Position numbers and translations under genes: made by a program. The notes under the pieces were generated by a model. That model worked only from the letters and a program-made list of their open reading frames with translations, did not search any database and was not told where the DNA came from. DNA of 64,000 nucleotides from Pseudomonadota bacterium (GTDB lineage: Bacteria; Desulfobacterota; Desulfobacteria; Desulfobacterales; RPRI01), in contig JBDRRF010000111.1 in the NCBI GenBank assembly GCA_043825875.1, positions 21,357 to 85,356 of the forward strand, read 5' to 3'. Of the stretch, positions 57,061 through 64,000 are shown in pieces. Position 1 is the first letter of the stretch; each line of letters starts with the position of its first letter.

Positions 57061-57953
57061 TATTTCTCCTTTACGCTCAGCGCTTCGAAGCCGGAGATGA
57101 CGTCGAACAGTTCCTCGTCAATGCCACTCTGGCGCAGCCTATGGTATGTCCTGTTGAGGTCCTCAAGCAATTCGTCGATGTTTCTGTCGGCGCGCTGCAT
57201 CGCCGCCAGGCGGCTCGCGTTCTCGCTCGCAAGGGATTCGGCGCACGCCCTGAAAAGCGAAACGAACAGATACTCGCGGATGAGGGCTCGCAATGTCCCG
57301 GTGTCGCCGCCCATAACCTCGGGCAAATTCTTTGTCGGCCAGGGAAGCTTTTCAATTTCGCGTCGCCAGATTCCGTCCAGCGGTAGAAGTCGCTGATTGA
57401 CCGGCTCATAAATCGCTCCGGATGTGGGGCGGTTGTAGAAGAGGTGAAGTTCGTCGATTTCGCCCCGGCTACGGCGGGCCTCACTTTCCACGAGGATCTG
57501 GCCGATGAGCGGTGGGATGGCCTTGACGGAGTTCGGCACGGGGAAGAGTCCGACCAGCGGCAGGCCCGCATCCGCCAGGCGTGCATGAACACGCTCGCCG
57601 ACCGCCCAGACCACGGGTTTTCCAGGCAGAGCCGGCAGCGTCTTGACCGCATGATCGGCCACCGTATCATTAAACTGGCCCACCAGTCCCTGATCTGATC
57701 CGAAAACGACCGCGCCGGTAAAACCCGCATTTGATCGTCTTGTTTCTCCGGTCATAAATCCCGTTGAACCGGTGCCCCGGAAACAGACTCCCAACCCCAG
57801 CTCAACGGTTCGGTAGTAGTCACCCAACGCGCGCACCGATTGCTCGTATTGACCAATACTCGAAGCGGCCAGAGCCTTCATGGTGCGGACGACGGATTGG
57901 AGATTTCCGGCGCTTTCGATCTTTCGGCGCAGGCTCGAAGTGGTGTCGCTCAT
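57060..57953 (-). CDS. atpG: N-type ATPase gamma subunit
   Basis: [39 protein letters not shown]. Confidence 0.93.
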   Translation of the reverse strand: MSDTTSSLRRKIESAGNLQSVVRTMKALAASSIGQYEQSVRALGDYYRTVELGLGVCFRGTGSTGFMTGETRRSNAGFTGAVVFGSDQGLVGQFNDTVADHAVKTLPALPGKPVVWAVGERVHARLADAGLPLVGLFPVPNSVKAIPPLIGQILVESEARRSRGEIDELHLFYNRPTSGAIYEPVNQRLLPLDGIWRREIEKLPWPTKNLPEVMGGDTGTLRALIREYLFVSLFRACAESLASENASRLAAMQRADRNIDELLEDLNRTYHRLRQSGIDEELFDVISGFEALSVKEK

Positions 57954-59629
57954 ACCTTCTCCTTGGGTCCATCCTTTGGCTTGGGTTTCACTTTTTTTTG
58001 GGCCCCCGATTTGTCCTCAGGTTCAGGCTTGGGCTCGCCTTTCGCTTCATGTTTGACCTGCTTTTTGGTCTCCTGTTCCGGCTCGGACGTGTTGCCTGAA
58101 CCGCGCGAGAACTTTTCTATTGCTTGGCGGCTGATTTCGATGATCGTTTCGCGATCCTCATTGCTCAACTTATCGGCGGTATCCAATCGCCCGCTCACCA
58201 CCGCCGGGATTTCTGCCGCCGCTTTGCGTACGGCCTGCTCTGCGTCTGTCATAACGTCAAGCGGTACGTCATCGAAGATTCCGGCAGTCAACGCCAGCAG
58301 CACGGCGATTTGCTGGGGCACGGACACCGGGGTGAATTCCGGCTGCTTGAGGCAGGCCCGGATGCGCCGTCCGTGCTCGATGACTTTGCGGTTATCTTCA
58401 TCCAGCCGGGCGCCGAACCGGGCAAAGGTTTCAAGTTCTTCAAATTGCGAATAGGCGAGTTTGAGGTCGCCCGCCACCGCACGGTAGGCCGCCCGTTGCG
58501 CCTTGCCGCCAACGCGTGAAACGGATTTGCCTACATCGACCGCCGGCAATACGCCCAGTTCGAACAGTGAAGGCGACAGGTAGATCTGTCCATCGGTGAT
58601 GGAGATGAGATTGGTCGGAATATAGGCGGAGATGTTTTGCGCTTCGGTTTCGATGATAGGTAGCGCGGTGAGCGAGCCGCCACCAAGTTCCTTGCGCAAG
58701 TGCGTCGCGCGCTCCAGCAGTCTCGAGTGGATATAAAAGATGTCGCCGGGGAAGGCTTCGCGACCTGGGGGACGGCGCAGCAACAAAGAAAGCTCACGAT
58801 AGGCGCGGGCGTGATGGGTGAGATCGTCATATACGATCAGCACATCCCGGCCGGTTTCCATGAAATACTCCGCAATGCTGGATGCGGCGTAGGGTGCGAT
58901 GTAGGCGAGGCCCGGCGGGTCGTTCCCTTCGGTGACAACCACGACGGTGTAATCCATCACATCCTTTTGTCGGAAGGTCGCCACGGCCTTTGCGATGGCG
59001 GAGCCTCTCTGGCCGATAGCACAATAGATACACAATACATCCTTGCCACGTTGATTAAGGATGGTATCGATGGCAATGGCGGTCTTGCCCGTCTGCCGGT
59101 CACCGAGAATCAGCTCACGTTGGCCGCGCCCGATGGGAATGAGTGCGTCAATAACTTTCAGACCGGTCTGGAGCGGCACGGTGACTGGAGCTCGATCCAT
59201 GATTGGCGCGGCGGGGCGTTCGATAGGCAGGCGCAGGCTTGCGACTACCGGCCCGTTGCCGTCGAGGGGCCGGCCGAGTGGGTCAATGACGCGTCCCAGC
59301 AATCCGTCGCCCACGGCCACGTCCATGACCCGGCCCGTGCGCTGGACTTCATCTCCTGCATGGAGATGCCAGTATTCACCGAGCAGCACCACGCCGATTT
59401 CGTTTTCGTCCACGTTGAATGCAATTCCAAACACATCGCCGGGAAATTTTACCAACTCCTCAAAGCCGACGCCGGGGAGCCCGGATACCCGGGCGATGCC
59501 CGTAGAGACGCTGGTGATTGTGCCCACCTCGCGCGACCTCAGTTTAGGCATGAAGGTTTCGCGCCCCTGGATTATACCAGCGAACGTGCGGTCAAAGACA
59601 CTTTGCAATGGATCGGGCGGTGTGCTCAT
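57950..59629 (-). CDS. atpA: N-type ATPase alpha subunit with charged C-terminal tail
   Basis: [31 protein letters not shown]. Confidence 0.95.
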   Translation of the reverse strand: MSTPPDPLQSVFDRTFAGIIQGRETFMPKLRSREVGTITSVSTGIARVSGLPGVGFEELVKFPGDVFGIAFNVDENEIGVVLLGEYWHLHAGDEVQRTGRVMDVAVGDGLLGRVIDPLGRPLDGNGPVVASLRLPIERPAAPIMDRAPVTVPLQTGLKVIDALIPIGRGQRELILGDRQTGKTAIAIDTILNQRGKDVLCIYCAIGQRGSAIAKAVATFRQKDVMDYTVVVVTEGNDPPGLAYIAPYAASSIAEYFMETGRDVLIVYDDLTHHARAYRELSLLLRRPPGREAFPGDIFYIHSRLLERATHLRKELGGGSLTALPIIETEAQNISAYIPTNLISITDGQIYLSPSLFELGVLPAVDVGKSVSRVGGKAQRAAYRAVAGDLKLAYSQFEELETFARFGARLDEDNRKVIEHGRRIRACLKQPEFTPVSVPQQIAVLLALTAGIFDDVPLDVMTDAEQAVRKAAAEIPAVVSGRLDTADKLSNEDRETIIEISRQAIEKFSRGSGNTSEPEQETKKQVKHEAKGEPKPEPEDKSGAQKKVKPKPKDGPKEKV

Positions 59630-60426
59630 TTGGCCTCCTCGGGAACAGCAGGTTTATCTTTTGGATTGGACTGATCCTTCAGCAGCTCACTGATGCTCTT
59701 TTCCATTGACGCGAGATAATCCGCGATGCTCCACGCCACCTTTTGTCCATTCGTGGTGAGTTCAATGCCGCTGATCACCTCCGGCGCGGTCTCGAACCTA
59801 ACCTGGATTTCAGCCGAGAAGGTTTCATTGAGCGCATTTTGTATCAAAGATCTTTGTTCCAACGGCAGCTCGAAGGCGCTACGCAAGATCGCCGGATCGG
59901 ACGATGTCTTTAGGACTGTAGCGAGACTTTCCTTAGACTTATCGTCCAGATTTCGCAATCGGAGATCGAACACCTCGCTCATACGTTTTTCCAGTGTCGT
60001 ACCCGCAAGGTCGGACAGCGTCTTTCGTGTTATAGCAAAAACTTCGTCCCGTGTTCGGCGGGTTATTTCGTCGTTCAAGCTCTGTTGTTCGCGTTTTAAC
60101 GCGTCCTGTCGTTTGGCACGAAGGTCGTCCGCCGCTTGCCGAACTTCATTGAGAAGCCGCTGCCTTTCGCCTTTTACCTCGTCCTTCGCCTTGCTCAGGA
60201 GCTCGTCTCGCTGCTGGTCGAACTTCTCGTTCTTGTGCTTGAACTCGTCCCTCTCCTTTTGTGCTACGGCCATTTTCGCTTCAGCATCCGCAAGTTCTTT
60301 AGCGATGCGCTGTTCCCGCGCGTCGATGGCGTGAAGGATGGGCTTGTAGAGAAAGTGCTTCATCAGCCACACCAGGATGATAAAGTTTAATACCTGTGCA
60401 CTGACGGTGAACCAGTCGATTAGCAT
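59626..60426 (-). CDS. atpF: N-type ATPase b subunit (extended, b/delta-like)
   Basis: [21 protein letters not shown]-terminal GIEL...[13 protein letters not shown] at 60426. Confidence 0.9.
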   Translation of the reverse strand: MLIDWFTVSAQVLNFIILVWLMKHFLYKPILHAIDAREQRIAKELADAEAKMAVAQKERDEFKHKNEKFDQQRDELLSKAKDEVKGERQRLLNEVRQAADDLRAKRQDALKREQQSLNDEITRRTRDEVFAITRKTLSDLAGTTLEKRMSEVFDLRLRNLDDKSKESLATVLKTSSDPAILRSAFELPLEQRSLIQNALNETFSAEIQVRFETAPEVISGIELTTNGQKVAWSIADYLASMEKSISELLKDQSNPKDKPAVPEEAK

Positions 60427-60428
60427 GG

Positions 60429-60710
60429 CTACTTTCCTCCGGCTTGGGCGATAGCGTAGTTCCAAAACGGGTTGGCGAAGATAAGAATCATCGAGACCAC
60501 GAAACAGTAAATGGCCGTTGACTCGATCATCGCCAGGCCTACGAACAGCGTCCGGGTGATGGTAGCGGAGGCGTCGGGCTGCTGGGCCAGCGAACTCAGC
60601 GCTGCCGCGACTGATCGTCCTTCGCCTAGTGCTGGTGCCATGGTACCGAAAGCGGTGGTAATGCCGGCGATGACAATTGATGCCACCGCGATAATAGTCA
60701 TGTTATCCAT
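60429..60710 (-). CDS. atpE: N-type ATPase c subunit with Na+-binding signature
   Basis: PALGEG, QQPD, MIESTAIY. Confidence 0.95.
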   Translation of the reverse strand: MDNMTIIAVASIVIAGITTAFGTMAPALGEGRSVAAALSSLAQQPDASATITRTLFVGLAMIESTAIYCFVVSMILIFANPFWNYAIAQAGGK

Positions 60711-60733
60711 AGTTTCTCCTTTTTGGGTTTAAT

Positions 60734-61432
60734 TCAAGCTTCATTTTCTTCGTGTTTGGTTTTGGATTGACGGACTCTCGTGGCCGCCGCGATATAAACC
60801 GCTGCCAGGATGCTGAAAATATAGGCCTGCACCATGCCGGTAAGAAGCCCGAGTGCCGTCATGATGATCGGGAAGATGAACGGAGTAATAGTGAGTAAAA
60901 TACCGATGATCATCGCCCCGCTCATCATGTTGCCGAACAGACGAACGGCCAGGGCCAGCGTACGCGAAATTTCGCTAATGATGTTAAACGGCAGCATGAT
61001 GAACGTTGGCTTCACATAGGACTTCAGGTAGCTGCCCACCCCTTGCTCCTCGATGCCGAACAGCGGCACGGCCACAAAAACACACAGCGCAAGTGCAGCC
61101 GTGGTCGAGAGCGAGCCGGTTGGTGGCTCGTACCCGGGAATGACTGTGCAGAGGCTTGCTGCGGCGACAAACAGGAAGATCGTGCCCAGAAAGCCGAGAT
61201 ATTTCCGTGGCTGACTCAGACCTACCTCTTCAATTTGTTTCTCGATGCCGGTGACGACGATTTCCAGAAGGTTCTGCCAGCGGGAACGTTTATGATCCAT
61301 GGAAAGGTTGCGCGTAATTATTTTTGAACCGACGGCCAGAACAAGCATCAGCCCCCACGTGAACACAATTGTGGCATTGAGTTTGAAAAACCCGTGTTGC
61401 CAGAAGATGATACTGTCAGGACTAAGACGCAT
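60734..61432 (-). CDS. atpB: N-type ATPase a subunit
   Basis: EPPTGSLSTT, LALAVRLFGNM, QAYIF; ATG at 61432. Confidence 0.93.
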   Translation of the reverse strand: MRLSPDSIIFWQHGFFKLNATIVFTWGLMLVLAVGSKIITRNLSMDHKRSRWQNLLEIVVTGIEKQIEEVGLSQPRKYLGFLGTIFLFVAAASLCTVIPGYEPPTGSLSTTAALALCVFVAVPLFGIEEQGVGSYLKSYVKPTFIMLPFNIISEISRTLALAVRLFGNMMSGAMIIGILLTITPFIFPIIMTALGLLTGMVQAYIFSILAAVYIAAATRVRQSKTKHEENEA

Positions 61433-61736
61433 GGCCGGCCTCCTTCGCTGGGGAGTTGTGGAGTTCAACCGAAGGGCCGGTAAGCCGTGTCACGATGAAA
61501 CGCGCGATGAAAAATCCGAAGAGACACGCCAGCAGACGATCCCAATGACCGCTGGAGACAAAATAGAATCCAGCCAGGGCAATGCTCATCCGCAGCAGCA
61601 GGCTGCCGAAGAACCAAAGTACCGGCTGTTTGGACGAAACCCCCTTGCGAACCGTCCACCAAAGGCCGCCGAAGAACATCGCACCGAGCAAAACGCCCAT
61701 TACCATAGCCAACACCAGCGTTACCGTTTCATTCAT
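61422..61736 (-). CDS. atpR: N-ATPase AtpR subunit
   Basis: FFGGLWWTVR, SLLLR, GFFIAR; position between atpQ and atpB. Confidence 0.85.
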   Translation of the reverse strand: MNETVTLVLAMVMGVLLGAMFFGGLWWTVRKGVSSKQPVLWFFGSLLLRMSIALAGFYFVSSGHWDRLLACLFGFFIARFIVTRLTGPSVELHNSPAKEAGHAS

Positions 61737-62059
61737 CTTTATCCTCCTGCTCTTTTTGCATTTCCTTGTCTTCCCTGGCCACCCAATGCCAGGCATTCAA
61801 ACAGCCGATGAAAAGGCCGATGACCAGCAGCATCAGCGTCCAGGAATGACTTCCCGGATGGTGATTGTCCAGCCAGATACCCAGGGCCGCGCCAAGCAGC
61901 GTCGGAACCGTCACCGACCAGCCGATCAGTCCCATCATGCCTAAACCAAACCAGACGGTTCGCGTGACATGGCGTTGAGCGCGGAGTTTACGCGCGGCTT
62001 TAGCCCCGACCTCCTGACCAAGCTGCGTCTTCGGCTTCAATAGGTTATTATTATGTTCG

Positions 62060-62067
<8 letters not shown>
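61729..62067 (-). CDS. atpQ: N-ATPase AtpQ (AtpZ/AtpI-like) subunit
   Basis: GLGMMGLIGWSV, GIWLD, GCLNAWHW. Confidence 0.85.

Positions 62068-64000
<1,933 letters not shown>

Noticed and set aside
58700..59674. 324-aa plus-strand ORF and other long antisense ORFs in the atp, cgs and ATPase genes
   Set aside because: Shadow frames of GC-rich, highly conserved minus-strand genes.

Overview
Bacterial window, probably from an anaerobic deltaproteobacterium (Desulfobacterales-like; inferred from gene content), with three blocks. (1) 1-15166, + strand: a 15-gene CoA-dependent beta-oxidation-type operon (oxidoreductase, 2 MaoC, thiolase, hydroxyacyl-CoA dehydrogenase, 2 crotonases, amidohydrolase, acyl-CoA dehydrogenase, CoA transferase, split AtuA pair, acyl-CoA dehydrogenase, crotonase, thiolase). 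Its order matches my recollection of thnG-thnV of the anaerobic naphthalene downstream pathway; thn symbols rest on that synteny only. (2) 15758-35353: a GNAT-HDAC fusion gene followed by a complete-looking minus-strand proteusin-type RiPP cluster. It encodes TolC, HlyD, two NHLP-type ABC exporters (one with a C39 peptidase), an orphan LivK-like lipoprotein, an uncharacterised HExxH protein, two Nif11-leader precursors with short Val/Thr/Ala-rich cores (21 and 11 aa), a PoyD-like radical SAM epimerase, two PoyB/C-like B12 radical SAM enzymes and a CAAX protease. This 'mini-polytheonamide'-like cluster is the best candidate for an undescribed system. (3) 35618-64000, - strand: a visibly more GC-rich envelope/ion-stress block with cyclic beta-1,2-glucan synthase, BON/Spy proteins, cardiolipin synthase, a P-type H+-ATPase and an N-ATPase operon. 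It contains two copies of a duplicated sigma54 promoter/enhancer module and two internally deleted pseudogenes. Three families of short TIR-bounded MITE-like elements (6 copies) are present, and one insertion regenerates a stop codon. No rRNA, tRNA, CRISPR array or transposase was seen. All assignments come from reading motifs by eye; no searches were run.
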